Below, one piece after another: positions 21,780 to 32,918 of a stretch of 64,000 nt of DNA; the stretch's first letter is position 1; each line of letters opens with the position of its first letter. Source of the stretch: an uncultured Gemmataceae bacterium (lineage in GTDB: Bacteria > Planctomycetota > Planctomycetia > Gemmatales > Gemmataceae); the NCBI GenBank assembly GCA_963750165.1, contig CAVVPN010000009.1, positions 64,045 through 128,044 of the forward strand, written 5' to 3'. The notes beneath the pieces are model-generated. The model was given only the letters and a program-made list of their open reading frames with translations. It was not told the DNA's origin and ran no database searches. The position numbers were made by a program, and so were the translations under genes.

Positions 21780-22204
21780 ACTACGTTGTCGATTGCTCTG
21801 TGGCATTCATGTGGGTGGTGGCGGAGCCACTCTCGCCGAAGGCCGAGCGGCTCCGGGAGGACTTCCGCCAGGGAGACCACGAACTGCTGGCGCCTGACCT
21901 GTTTCCTACTGAGGTCGCCAACGCCCTGGTCGTGGCCGAGCGCAAGGGGCGCATCGCTCCCGGGGAGAGCATCCTCCTGTTCGCCGACGTGGCCACCACC
22001 ATGCCCACAATCCACGCTACCTTCCCCGGCGTCGTCGGCCGCACCCAGGCCATCGCTCAGGGATCGGTCGTCAGCGTGTACGACGCCCTCTATGTCGCCC
22101 TGGCCGAGCGCGAGCAGTGCGAACTGGTCACCGCCGACGACAAACTCGTCAAGAACCTCCAGAAGTCATTCCCCTTCATCCTCGACTTGAAGACACTTCC
22201 GTGA
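21776..22204 (+). CDS. vapC: VapC-family PIN toxin
   Basis: YVVDCSVA, EVANAL, SVYDALYVALA, LVTADDKL. Confidence 0.9.
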   Translation: MNYVVDCSVAFMWVVAEPLSPKAERLREDFRQGDHELLAPDLFPTEVANALVVAERKGRIAPGESILLFADVATTMPTIHATFPGVVGRTQAIAQGSVVSVYDALYVALAEREQCELVTADDKLVKNLQKSFPFILDLKTLP

Positions 22205-22259
22205 AGTTCGTCGGCGTCCAGCAAACCGTGTGCAACGCGGGAATTCCCCTTCCCACTTA

Positions 22260-22396
22260 AACTGCACGGCGAGATGCTGGCGGCGGCGAACCTGGAGTTC
22301 GAGCGCGCCGCCCTGTTGCGCGACAAGATCGCCAAGCTGAAAGGGCAGCCGGCCGCGGCGCCGCAGGTGAAGAAGCGCCGCGGCCGGCGGCGTTGA
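22260..22396 (+). repeat. 137-bp diverged copy of the uvrB 3' end
   Basis: Encodes [44 protein letters not shown]; matches 20009-20148 with one codon fewer. Confidence 0.93.
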
Positions 22397-22463
22397 GGGC
22401 ACAGAGACCACTGGCTACCGTTTTTTCTCTTTGTGCTCTTTGTGTCTTTGTGGTGAATCTATT

Positions 22464-23601
22464 TCAAACCGCCACGCCGCGGGTTCTCGGCAACACCTCA
22501 CGAGCTAGCAGTTCCATGCTGCGCCGCGTCTGTTCGTGGCCGGCCGTGCCGGTCTGGCAACCGGTCAGCACGACGCCGACGCCCAGCTCCTTCTGGTAAT
22601 GCTCCAGCTTCTGCCGCACCGTCTCCGGGCTGCCGACGATGGCGAAGACGCCCTTCTCAAGGTCGTCCCACGATTGTTGCGCCGCCAGGAAGTATTTCTG
22701 ATTCTTCAGCAGCGCCGCCGCCGACTTCGCCGAGGTGTAGCCGGGCGGACTCAGGTTGATGCCGCGGAGCAGGTTCTTGACGAAGTACCAGAATGACGGC
22801 TCGAACTCAGCGCGGGCCTGTTTGTCCGTCTCGGCGACGTAGATGGGGATGCCCCAGCCCATCTGCTCGGGCTTTGCGGTGTAGCCGGCGCGGTCGCACG
22901 CTTCGCGGAACTGGGCGAAGACGCGCTTGAACACATCGATGTGGAAATACGGCACACCCAGGTAGGCGAAACGGCGCTGGGCGACGAACTCAATGGTTTC
23001 GAGGCTGCCGACGCCAGGAATCCAGATCGGCGGGTGCGGCTGCTGCAACGGCCGCGGCCACGGATTGACATAGCGGAAATGGTAGTGCTTCGAGTCCCAC
23101 GCGAACGGCCCTGGTGTCGTCCACGCCTTGAGGATCAGCTCCAGGGCCTCGCGGAACTTCTCGCGCAGTCGTCGGATCGACGCCGTAAGCGTAGTATTCG
23201 GGGCCGCCGCCGACGACCATGCCCGCCATCAGCCGGCCGCCGCTGAGCACGTCGAGCATGGCAAATTCTTCCGCGACGCGCTGAGGGGGGTGGTACAGCG
23301 GCAGGGCGTTGCCGATGACCGCGAGCTTGCAGCGGCGCGTGCGCTGCGTCAGCGCCGCGGCGATGAGGTTGGGCGACGGCATCAGCCCGTAAGCGTTCTG
23401 GTGGTGCTCGTTGACGCAGATACCGTCGAAGCCCAGCTCCTCCGCGTAGGCCAGGGTGTTGATGTATTCGCGGTACAGGTCGTGGCCCTTGACGGGGTCG
23501 TACAGTTCGTTGGGCAGCCAGACCCAGGCGGAGTCGTAGCGCTGCGCGAAGTCGTCGGGCAGGTAGGGCCAGGACATCAAATGGAAGAAGAAATACTGCA
23601 T
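22464..23601 (-). CDS. LLM-class flavin-dependent oxidoreductase (frameshift near 23165)
   Basis: AEELGFDGICVNEHH, AMLDVLSGGRL, QQPHPPIWIPG, IVGSPETV. Confidence 0.88.
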
Positions 23602-23777
23602 GCGGCGGCTCCCGTGCCGGGGTCGGAGGGGGACGGCGGCATTGTACCAGGCGGCGTCCGTTGTGGCGGCGGGTGTCTTTTTTTTCGTGATATTCCCGCG
23701 CCTGCTGTGCCAGAATGAGTGCCGGCGCTGCCGGTCGCCCGTGAACCCCCCGTCGCACCCCAGTTCCGAGGTACGTC

Positions 23778-26700
23778 ATGTTGCTCCCGCCCCCGCTCCC
23801 CGGCTCCCCGGCCACCGCGGACGATCTGCTCGACGCCCTGGATTTCGTCCGCCGCCGCTTCGAGCAGTGGCACAAGGAGGGCCGCGTCAAGGACGGCCAG
23901 TGGCAGGCGCTCACCGAGCACTACGCCAAGCGCCGCGAGCTGATCGACCAGGCCCGGCAGGCGGGCCAAACCGAATTCACATCCTACCTGCGCCGGCCGA
24001 GCGCTGCTGGTCGTGTAACCAGACGCTCACCACGGCCGAGCCGCTGTGCGACCGCTGCGGGGCGCCGGTGGCCGCGCCGGCGGTGAAGTCCTTCCGCTAC
24101 CTGGCGTTCCTGGAACAGGAGATCCAGTCCCACGCGAACAACCACCTGCTGCCGCTGGCGCAGGCGCACGACCTCCTGGCCGACACCCGCCAGCGCGGCA
24201 TGACCCTGAAAAACCGGCTGGAGTCGGAACGCATCCCGGTGGTTCGGCCGGCCCGCCCCCGCCGGTTGGAGCCGATCGTGCGGACGCCGCGCCCGGAGGA
24301 ACCGCGGCGGCCGCTGCTGGAGATCGTGCTCGACCCGCGCAGCACGCAATGGCTGCTGGCCTGTGGCGGGGCGCTGATGGTCTTCGGCCTGGTCGTCTAC
24401 CTCTGGATCGCCGGCGTCTTCAGCGACCCGCTGCTCGCCGCCGGCGTGCTCGGCGCCGGGACGCTGGCGCTGCTGTTGGGCGGCTGGGCACTGGTGCTGC
24501 GCACGCGCTACCAGGTGGCGGGCCGGGCGCTGACGCTGCTCGCCTGTCTGGTGATGCCGCTCAACCTCTGGTTCTACCAGGTGCAGGGCCTGCTCGCCGT
24601 CGAGGCCGGCGGCCGCCTCTGGCTGGCGGCCCTCGTCTGCTGTGTGCTTTATCTCGTCTCCGCCCTGGTGCTGCGCGACGAGTTGTTCGTGTACGTCCTG
24701 GTCGCCGGCCTGGCGCTGACGGGGCCGCTGCTCCTGGCCAGCCTCGCCGCGCCGCTGGCCCACGCGCTGGTGGCGCCGGTGACGCTGCTGGTGGCTCTCG
24801 GCCTGGTGTGCGTCCACGCCGAGCGGCTGTTCCCGCCCGCCCCGCGCGCTTCCGGAGAGGATGAAGCGCGGGCCGAGGCGCCCGGGCCGTTCACGCGGCC
24901 GCGCTTCGGCATGGCGTTCTACTGGTCCGGCCACGCCGTGCTGGTCGTCGCTTACACCCTCCTGCTGGGCGGCCATCTCTATTCCTGGCTGCGGCCGGTG
25001 CTGGAATGGCTGTCGCGGCCCCGCACCCTGCCGCCGCTCGGCCTGGTCACCGACCCGGTGCAGCAATGGCTGGCGCTGGCCCTGGTGCTGGCGGCGGTGT
25101 ACGCCTGCCTCTACTCCGACCTCGTGGTCCGTCGCGTCGGCGTGTACATCTACTTCGCGACGTTCGCGGTGCTCTGGGCGGAGGTGCTCGCCCTGAACCT
25201 GGCGGCCGTGGCGGTGCCGACCGAGGTGGTCATCCTGGTGCTGGCCGCCACGGCGCTGGCCGCCAACCTGCTGCAAACGCCCCTGGCCCGGCGCATCGAC
25301 GCCTTCGAGCGCAGCGGAGCGCCGCTGGGGCTGTTCCTGAGCACGCTGCCGGTGCTGCTCGGCCTGGTGCTGCACCTGCGGGCCACCAACCCCGTCTGGC
25401 GGCGGGCCTTTCCGTACGAGCCGGGCTGGCTGTTCGTCGCGGCCATGCTGGCGACGGCGTTGTCGTGCCGCTACGGCGCCTTCCTGTATCGGCGGCAGGC
25501 GCCGGCGCTGTCGGCGCTGTACTTTTTCGGCACGGCGGCGGCGACGCTGGTCGGCGCCGCCGCCCTGCTGTCGGTCCTGGGCGTGACGGCCTGGGCCGAC
25601 CAGGCGCTCGTGCTCATGCTCATCCCGATCGCCTACCTGGTGGCGTCCCGGCTGTACCGCGGCCGGACGCCGGAGCGGCCGCTCGTCTGGGTGGCGCACT
25701 CAGCCACGGGGGTGATGCTCCTGGCGGCGCTGGGCAACGGCCTGGAGCGCGTGACGGGCCTGACGATCGACCCCGTGACGGGGGTGCCGCTCAACCTGCT
25801 GCTGGCCGGCTTCTGGCTGGAGGCGGCCGCGTTTTACGTGCTGGCGGCGGTGACGCGGCGGGAGGCCGGGGCGGTGTACCTGGCGACGCTGACGGGGGCG
25901 GCGGCGCTGTGGCAGCTCCTCAGCTACGCCGCGGTCGTGCCGGAGTACCAGGCGCTGGCGTTCGCGGTGCTGGGGCTGGCGCTGCTGGCGGCCTACCGCT
26001 TCGGACTGCTGCACCGCTTCAAGCAGGAGGGGCTGGAGCAGGCGCTGTTCCAGTGCGCCAACCTGACGCTGTCGCTGGCGTGCGTGGCCGCGGCGCTGGT
26101 GGCGATCGGGCGGTTCGGCGACCTGGAAGGCCCCGTGTGGACGGCGGCGCACGTGCGGCTGCTCGGCCTGCTGGCGGTGACGGTGGCGCTGAGCGGCCTG
26201 GCGGTGTGGTGGGTGCCGGACGACGCCTGGCGGCCGTGGTACGTCCTGGTCGCTGCGGGCGAGGGGCTGCTGGCGCTGCGGACGCTGTACCCGCTGTTGC
26301 ACCTGACCGCCCTGGAGTCGCTGGAATTGACGGCGATCCTGCTGGGGTTGGTGCTGCTGGCGGCGGGCCATGTCGGCTGGTATCGCGAGCGGGACCGGCA
26401 GAGCGACCTGGTGAGCCTCTGTCTGACGTTCGGCAGCCTGCTGGTGGGGCTGCCGCTGCTGGTGGCGGTGCTGTGCTACCGCGGCACGGGCCAGTTCCAC
26501 GCGCCGGACGAGGTGGGCCTGCTGGTGGCGGCCGTCGGGCTGTTCGGCAGTGGGGTGCTGTTTCATTTGAAAGCGACGACCGTCGTCGGGGCGCTGCTCG
26601 GCGCGGTGGGTTTGTTGAGCCTGGCGCTGTTCGTGCGGGTGCCGAGCGCCCTGCAGACCGCGGCGGCGGGCATCGCCATCGGTGGGGCGGCGCTATTCCT

Positions 26701-26800
26701 GGTGGGGCTGCTGCTGAGCATCTACCGCGACCGGCTGCTGGCGCTGCCCGAACACCTGCGGCGGCGCGAAGGCGTCTTCCGCGTGCTGACGTGGCGCTGA
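23778..26800 (+). CDS. large polytopic membrane protein with N-terminal double zinc ribbon (frameshift near 23995)
   Basis: GAGG RBS before 23778; CWSC...CDRCG; over 20 hydrophobic segments; ends RREGVFRVLTWR. Confidence 0.75.
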
Positions 26801-26858
26801 CCCTGCCGCGCCCGCCGCGCCGACACGTGCCGGCGCGGCGGGCGCAAACAGCGCACCG

Positions 26859-26874
26859 TGGTACGCGACTTGCT
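26859..26874 (+). promoter_or_regulatory. sigma54 (-24/-12) promoter upstream of ligD
   Basis: TGGTACG-cgac-TTGCT, close to the TGGCACG-N4-TTGCW consensus, 43 nt before the ATG. Confidence 0.6.
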
Positions 26875-26917
26875 GTGTTTGCAGCAACGCGAACGATTGT
26901 GATGGAGTGACGACCAC

Positions 26918-28309
26918 ATGGCACTCAAAGAGTACCGCACGAAACGCGATTTCCAGAAGACGCCCGAGCCGGGGCCGAGGACGGAGAAAGGCCACAAGAA
27001 GCCGATTTTCGTGATCCAGGAGCACCACGCCAGCCACCTGCACTACGACTTCCGCCTGGAGGCCGATGGCGTCCTCAAGAGCTGGGCGGTGCCGAAGGAG
27101 CCGACGCTTGACCCGGGCGTGAAGCGACTGGCGGTGCAGGTCGAGGACCATCCGCTGGCCTACGCGACCTTCGCCGGCACCATCCCCGCGGGCGAGTACG
27201 GCGCCGGCACCGTGGCGATCTGGGACCACGGCACCTACGACAACCTGCACGCGCGGCAGACGGTGGCGGAGGGCATCGCCGCGGGCCGGCTGGAGTTCGC
27301 GCTGCACGGCGAGAAGCTGAACGGCCGCTTCGCCCTGGTGCGGATGAAAGGGCGGCAGCGCGGCGGCAAGGAGCAGTGGCTGCTCATCAAGATGAAGGAC
27401 GAGTATGCGCGTCCCGAGGCCGCTGGTGACGCGCCGAAGCGACTGGCCAAGACCACCGCGCCCGCAGAGCCGGTGGCCTGCACGAACGCCGACAAGGTGT
27501 GGTTCCCGGACGCGGACATCACCAAGGGCGACGTGTTCGATTTCTACCACCGCATCGCGCCGCGGCTGCTGCCGTTCCTGCGCGACAGGCCGGTGACGCT
27601 GGAACGGCTGCCCGAGGGCATCGCGGCGGGCGGCCCGCACTTCTGGCAGAAGAACACGCCCGCGTCCTATCCCGGCTGGCTGCCGCGCGTCGAACTGCCG
27701 AGCGAGCGAGGCAAGCCGGTGCAGTACGCGCTCGTCAATGACGTGGACGCGCTGCTGTACCTCGTCAACCAGGGCACGCTGACGTTTCACGTCTGGTTCT
27801 CGCGCGTCCAGGATTTGGAGCGGCCGGACTTTGTGCTGTTCGACCTGGACCCGGGGCCGGCCGCGTTCGCGGACGTGGTGACGGTCGCCCGCGAACTGCA
27901 CGCGACTTTGGAAGACCTGAACCGGCTGGCGTTCGTCAAGACCTCCGGCAAAACGGGCCTGCACGTGCTGGTGCCGTGGCGCGACCCGGGCGGCTATGAT
28001 GAGGCGCGAGCCTGGGCGTCGGACGTGGCCGGGCGCGTGGCAGCGGCGCTGCCGGACGTGGCGACGACGGAGATCCGCAAGGCGAAGCGCGGCGGCCGGG
28101 TGTACCTCGATGTGATGCAGAACGCCCGCGGCCATCATGCGGTGCCGCCGTATGTTGTGCGGCCGGTGCCGGGGGCGCCGGTGTCCACGCCGCTGAACTG
28201 GCGCGAGCTGACGGCCGACCTGGACCCGGCTCGCTTCAACCTGCGCACGATCTTCCGCCGGCTGGCGCGGCAGGCGCACGACCCGATGGCGGGGCCGCTG
28301 GACGTATAA
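26918..28309 (+). CDS. ligD: LigD phosphoesterase + polymerase domains, no ligase domain
   Basis: FVIQEHHASHLHYDFRLE, LKSWAVPK, VEDHPLAY (PE); TNADKVWFP, FDLDP, KTSGKTGLH, YLDVMQN (Pol). Confidence 0.88.
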   Translation: MALKEYRTKRDFQKTPEPGPRTEKGHKKPIFVIQEHHASHLHYDFRLEADGVLKSWAVPKEPTLDPGVKRLAVQVEDHPLAYATFAGTIPAGEYGAGTVAIWDHGTYDNLHARQTVAEGIAAGRLEFALHGEKLNGRFALVRMKGRQRGGKEQWLLIKMKDEYARPEAAGDAPKRLAKTTAPAEPVACTNADKVWFPDADITKGDVFDFYHRIAPRLLPFLRDRPVTLERLPEGIAAGGPHFWQKNTPASYPGWLPRVELPSERGKPVQYALVNDVDALLYLVNQGTLTFHVWFSRVQDLERPDFVLFDLDPGPAAFADVVTVARELHATLEDLNRLAFVKTSGKTGLHVLVPWRDPGGYDEARAWASDVAGRVAAALPDVATTEIRKAKRGGRVYLDVMQNARGHHAVPPYVVRPVPGAPVSTPLNWRELTADLDPARFNLRTIFRRLARQAHDPMAGPLDV

Positions 28310-28317
28310 CTGTCGTG

Positions 28318-28386
28318 GGCGAGCGGCGCGGCGTCAGCCCGCCGGTAACTTCGCGATACCGGCGGGCTGACGCCGCGCCGCTCGCC
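28318..28386. repeat. palindromic repeat family A, copy 2
   Basis: Same 29-bp arms as 7439, different loop. Confidence 0.9.
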
Positions 28387-28480
28387 TTCGTTTTTTCCAT
28401 AGCGTGCGCGCGGCCGCAGCCGTTACACTTCAAGGGTGCCCACCTTCCTCGCCTGCGCTACCTCTGGAGTGTGCTCACCG

Positions 28481-31243
28481 ATGCGTTGCCTTTCCGCGCT
28501 CGCCGTGGCCTTGCTGTTCGCGTCGCCCACGGCTTTCGCCCAGCAGGACGTTCCCAAGGTCAGCGACCCGCGCCTGGTCGTCGAACTGTTCGCCCAGGCG
28601 CCGGACATCGTCCACCCGATCGCCTGCGCCTGCGACACCCGCGGCCGGTTGCTCGTGATCGAGAGCCACACGCACTTCGCCCCGAAGAATTACAAGGGTC
28701 CGAAGTTCGACCGCATCCGCATGCTGCGCGACACCAAGGGCGCCGGCAAGGCGGATCGCATCACCACCTTCTTCGAGGGCACCAGGCACACGATGGACCT
28801 GGCCGTACACCCCGATGGCTCGGTTTACGTTGCCACGCGCAACGAAATCCTCCGCCTGCGCGACACCAAGGGCACGGGCCAGGCCGACGAGAAGACGCGC
28901 ATCATGTTCCTGGACACGAAGGGCGACTACCCACACAACGGCCTGTCGGGACTGTGCTTCGACTCGAAGGGCAACCTCTATTTCGGCATGGGCGAGAACC
29001 TCGGCGCCGCGTACAAGCTGAGCGGTGCCGATGGCAAGACGTTCTCCGGCCAGGGCGACGGCGGTCACGTCTTCTGGTGTACCGCCGACGGCAAGCAACT
29101 GCGCCGCGTGGCGACCGGCTTCTGGAACCCCTTCGGCTCGTGCCGCGACATTTTCGGCCGGCTGTTCACGGTGGACAACGACCCGGACCAGTCGCCGCCG
29201 TGCCGCATGGTGCATACGGTCGAGGGCGGCGATTACGGCTTTCAGTTCCGCTACGGCCGCTCGGGCAAGCATCCGTTCCAGTCGTGGCACGGCACCCTGC
29301 CCGGTACGCTGCCGATGATGACCGGCGTCGGCGAGTCGCCGTGCGAAATCCTCAGCTACGAGTCGGACGGCCTGCCGGCGGAGTACCGCGGTCAGCTGCT
29401 CGTGACCGCGTGGGCGGACCACCGGGTCGAGCGCTATGCCGTCAAGCCGCGCGGGGCGTCGTTCAAGGCGGAGCGGCTGCCGTTCGTGCAGGGCGGGCCG
29501 GATTTTCGGCCGGTGGGGCTGGCGGTGGCGCCGGACGGGTCGCTGTTCGTCACGGACTGGGTGCTGCGCAGTTACACGCTGCACGGCAAGGGGGCGGTAT
29601 GGCACATCCGGCAGAAGGACGCGAAAAAACAGCCGCGGCCGCAGGATCCGTCCAAGGCGATCTTCAGCCTGCACCGGCCGCTGCGCGAGGCGGCGGCGAA
29701 GCAGTTGGCGAAGGATGAGAAGGGCCGGGACTTCTTGCGGAAGCAGGTGCATCATGCCGACGTGCGCGTGCGGGCGGCAGCGCTCACGGCGTTGCTCGAC
29801 GTTGACGATAAGAAAATGGATTTGATGAGCATTGTTGAGAAAGAAACAGAGGTGGGCCTGCGCGAGTTAGCCGTTCGTGCGCTGGTGCGGCGAAAGGCGT
29901 TCGTGGACAAACTGGCGACGCCGAAGTACCCCGGGTCGGTCCGCGCGCTGGCAATCACAGGCATGCAATCCTGGTCGGAGCCTGGTGCGACCGGGCCGGA
30001 GATCGCGAACGAGGACGATCCGTTTATCCGACATGCGAAAGTCATGGCCGGCGGTTACACCGGCAAGGAAGACGTCTCTCCGAGCATCTTCGGCGTGAAA
30101 CATCGCATCGAAATCTTGTTGTCGTACAGGCGGGCGCCAAAATCGGTGGCCAGTAAGGATCTGCCCTGGGTGCGTACTTTCCTGAATGATCCCGATGAAA
30201 CCGTCCGCTTCCTGGCTGTGAAGTGGGTCGCCGACGAGAAACTCACTGATTATCGTGAGGATGTTGTCAAGGCCCTGAAAAACCCCAATCTCAGTGTCCG
30301 CATGCACCTGGCCCTGGCGACCGCGCTCGCCCGCCTCGACGGCCAGGAAGTCAGCGAAACGCGGCTCGCCGACTACTTCGCGAAGCGCCTCGCCGATGAC
30401 AAAACGCCACCGGCGCAGCGGGCCATGCTGCTGCGGCAAGTGCCCGCGTCGCATCCGAAGCTGACGGTCGATCTGCTCACGAAGCTGCTGAAGTCGGATG
30501 ACGCCGCGCTTAAACTCGAAGCGGTGCGGGCGCTCGCGGAGCACCCGAACCCCAAACGCAGCACGCCGCTGCTCGCCGTCTTCCGCGACGCCAAACTCGG
30601 CACCGGGTTGCGGGCCTTCGCGCTGCTCGGCCTGGCGGAGCGTGCCCAGGATTACGCCGACGAGCTGGCCGCCATCGCGAAGGACCAGCAAGCGCCGCTG
30701 CGGGCCGACGCGGCGCGGGCGCTGATCGGCGTGAAACTGAAGGGCGGCGCTATCAACCGCACGCCGGAGAAGGGCCGGCCGCCGGCGAAGGATTTGGACG
30801 CCTGGCTGAAACGCCTGGACGGCCCCGCGGACGCCGCGGCCGGGGCGCGCGTCTTCTTCCACCCGAAGCTGGCCGGCTGTTACCGCTGCCACCGCATCGA
30901 CGGCCGCGGCCAGGACGTGGGGCCGGACCTCAGCGGCATTGGCGCCACCGACCGCCGCCACCTGCTCGAATCGATTCTGCAACCGAGCAACACCGTCGCG
31001 CCGCACTACCAGGTGTGGCAGTTGGAGACCGCGGACGGTAAGCTCCGCGACGGGATGTTGCTGCATACCAACCTCGACGAATACACTTACCTGGACGCCA
31101 GGGGCGGCCGCTTCAAGGTCAACACCCGCGACGTGGTGGAACAGCGAGCGCTGCCGATCTCGATCATGCCGACCGGCCTGGTCGATGGCCTGACCGATCA
31201 GGAGATGCGCGACCTGCTGGCGTACTTGCAGTCCAGGAAATAA
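28481..31243 (+). CDS. PVC-type heme-binding CxxCH protein (beta-propeller dehydrogenase, HEAT repeats, cytochrome c)
   Basis: Signal peptide, VELFAQAPDIVHP, FRPVGLAVAPDGSLFVTDW, CYRCH, VGPDLSGIG, SIMPTGL. Confidence 0.9.
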   Translation: MRCLSALAVALLFASPTAFAQQDVPKVSDPRLVVELFAQAPDIVHPIACACDTRGRLLVIESHTHFAPKNYKGPKFDRIRMLRDTKGAGKADRITTFFEGTRHTMDLAVHPDGSVYVATRNEILRLRDTKGTGQADEKTRIMFLDTKGDYPHNGLSGLCFDSKGNLYFGMGENLGAAYKLSGADGKTFSGQGDGGHVFWCTADGKQLRRVATGFWNPFGSCRDIFGRLFTVDNDPDQSPPCRMVHTVEGGDYGFQFRYGRSGKHPFQSWHGTLPGTLPMMTGVGESPCEILSYESDGLPAEYRGQLLVTAWADHRVERYAVKPRGASFKAERLPFVQGGPDFRPVGLAVAPDGSLFVTDWVLRSYTLHGKGAVWHIRQKDAKKQPRPQDPSKAIFSLHRPLREAAAKQLAKDEKGRDFLRKQVHHADVRVRAAALTALLDVDDKKMDLMSIVEKETEVGLRELAVRALVRRKAFVDKLATPKYPGSVRALAITGMQSWSEPGATGPEIANEDDPFIRHAKVMAGGYTGKEDVSPSIFGVKHRIEILLSYRRAPKSVASKDLPWVRTFLNDPDETVRFLAVKWVADEKLTDYREDVVKALKNPNLSVRMHLALATALARLDGQEVSETRLADYFAKRLADDKTPPAQRAMLLRQVPASHPKLTVDLLTKLLKSDDAALKLEAVRALAEHPNPKRSTPLLAVFRDAKLGTGLRAFALLGLAERAQDYADELAAIAKDQQAPLRADAARALIGVKLKGGAINRTPEKGRPPAKDLDAWLKRLDGPADAAAGARVFFHPKLAGCYRCHRIDGRGQDVGPDLSGIGATDRRHLLESILQPSNTVAPHYQVWQLETADGKLRDGMLLHTNLDEYTYLDARGGRFKVNTRDVVEQRALPISIMPTGLVDGLTDQEMRDLLAYLQSRK

Positions 31244-31249
31244 CACTTG

Positions 31250-31320
31250 GAGGCGAGCGGCGCGGCGTCAGCCCGCCGGTTCTCGCAGCACCGGCGCGCT
31301 GACGCCGCGCCGCTCGCCTC
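31250..31320. repeat. palindromic repeat family A, copy 3
   Basis: Same arms with one mismatch, just after the stop at 31243. Confidence 0.9.
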
Positions 31321-31351
31321 CGAATGACATTAACCACGGAGACCACGACCG

Positions 31352-32626
31352 ATGCGTGCCCTTGCCTTCCTGTTGCTGGCGCTGGCCGGCCCCACCGACC
31401 CCGCACCGCAAGATGTCTGGCCGCAGTGGCGCGGCCCCACTCACGACAGCGTCTCCCCGACCGCCGACCTGCCCACGCGCTGGAGTCCAACCGAGAACGT
31501 CGTCTGGAAGACGCCGCTGCCCGGCCGCGGCTACTCCACTCCGGCCATCTGGAAAGACGCCATCTTCGTCTCGGCCCAGGACGGCGAGCGGTTGTTGCTG
31601 CTGCGGCTCGACCGGGTGAGCGGCAAAATCGTCTGGCAGCGCGAGGTGGGCAAGGGCACGCCCCGGCGCACGGGCAAGCCCGGCCCCAATCGCTTCCACG
31701 ACGAGAACAACATGGCCAGCCCGTCGCCGGTGACCGACGGCCGGCACGTCTGGATTCATTTCGGCAACGGCGACCTGGCCTGCTACGACTTTGACGGCAA
31801 CCGCACCTGGGCGGTCAGCCTGACGGAGCGCTTCGGCCCGTACACGATCTGGTGGGGCCACGCCAACACGCCCTGCCTGTTCGGCGACCTGCTCATCACC
31901 GCATGTATGCAGGATCCCAGGGGCGGCGGCAAAAGTTACGTCGTCGCCCACGACAAGCGCACCGGCAAGGAAAAGTGGCTGGTGCAGCGCGACACCGGCG
32001 CCACCTCCGAACCGGCCGACTCGTACACGACGCCGCTGCTGCGCCGCCAGGGCGACCGCACCGAGCTGATCGTCTTCGGTGGCAACGTGCTGGACGCCTA
32101 CGACCCGGCGACGGGCAAGCAACTCTGGCAGTGCCGGGCCTTCAACGGCAACCGTGTCATCCCGACGCCGGTGGCGGCCGGTAACACTGTGTTCGCGATT
32201 GAAGGCATGCGCGGCCCGCTCGTCGCCGTGCGCGCCGGCGGTCAGGGCGACGTGACGGCCACGCACGTCCGCTGGAAGTACACCGGGGCGACGCCGGACT
32301 CCGCCAGCCCGGTCGCGACCAACGGCCTGGTGTTCCTGGCGAACAACGTCGGCATCGCCATCTGCCTGGACGCGGCCACGGGCAAGGAGGTGTGGAAGCA
32401 GCGCCTCGGCAGAACTTTCCGGGCGACGCCGCTGGTCGCCGGCAAGCGCGTGTACTTCTTCACCAAGGAGGGCAAGACGGCCGTGGTCGAGGCCGCGCGG
32501 ACGTTCCGGGTGATCGCGGAGTCCGACCTCGGCGAGGATACGATGGCCTCACCCGCAGTGGCTGGCGGCGATCTGTTCATCCGCACGCAGGGGCACCTGT
32601 ATCGCATCGGGAACAAGCAGAAGTAG
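31352..32626 (+). CDS. PQQ-like beta-propeller (BamB-like) protein
   Basis: WPQWRGP, NVVWKTPLPGRGYSTP, repeated AYDPATGKQLW-type blades. Confidence 0.9.
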   Translation: MRALAFLLLALAGPTDPAPQDVWPQWRGPTHDSVSPTADLPTRWSPTENVVWKTPLPGRGYSTPAIWKDAIFVSAQDGERLLLLRLDRVSGKIVWQREVGKGTPRRTGKPGPNRFHDENNMASPSPVTDGRHVWIHFGNGDLACYDFDGNRTWAVSLTERFGPYTIWWGHANTPCLFGDLLITACMQDPRGGGKSYVVAHDKRTGKEKWLVQRDTGATSEPADSYTTPLLRRQGDRTELIVFGGNVLDAYDPATGKQLWQCRAFNGNRVIPTPVAAGNTVFAIEGMRGPLVAVRAGGQGDVTATHVRWKYTGATPDSASPVATNGLVFLANNVGIAICLDAATGKEVWKQRLGRTFRATPLVAGKRVYFFTKEGKTAVVEAARTFRVIAESDLGEDTMASPAVAGGDLFIRTQGHLYRIGNKQK

Positions 32627-32631
32627 CACGA

Positions 32632-32684
32632 ACCCCGTTGTTAGTTTCGCGTGGACCCGGCCCGCGCGAAACTAACAACGGGGT
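32632..32684. repeat. palindromic repeat family B, copy 3 (variant)
   Basis: ACCCCGTTGTTAGTTTCGCG...CGCGAAACTAACAACGGGGT, with changes mirrored on both arms. Confidence 0.85.
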
Positions 32685-32918
32685 GAGCGAGGCGCCGGCG
32701 GTTCAGAGCGTTGCCGCAATCAAGTCCAGCACTTCCTCGTCGGACGGGTACTCACTCGACAGCACTGCCCGCAGCAGCCCCGGCACCTCATCCATGCGGT
32801 ACGCGGTGCCCGTCGTCTCTGGCCGTGGTGCAGGCGGCCCGCCTGCGGAACCGGCACGCCGGCGGGGCGCCTGCACCACAGCCAGAGACGACGGTAAAAT
32901 AGCGCCGGAGGATTGTTC

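Noticed and set aside
22400..22460. terminator or novel repeat (CTTTGTG x3)
   Set aside because: Single low-complexity occurrence with weak pairing; not enough support.
32703..32795. short minus-strand ORF MDEVPGLLRAVLSSEYPSDEEVLDLIAATL
   Set aside because: Looks protein-like and may be a gene-end remnant, but I found no parent gene in the window and it is too short to call.
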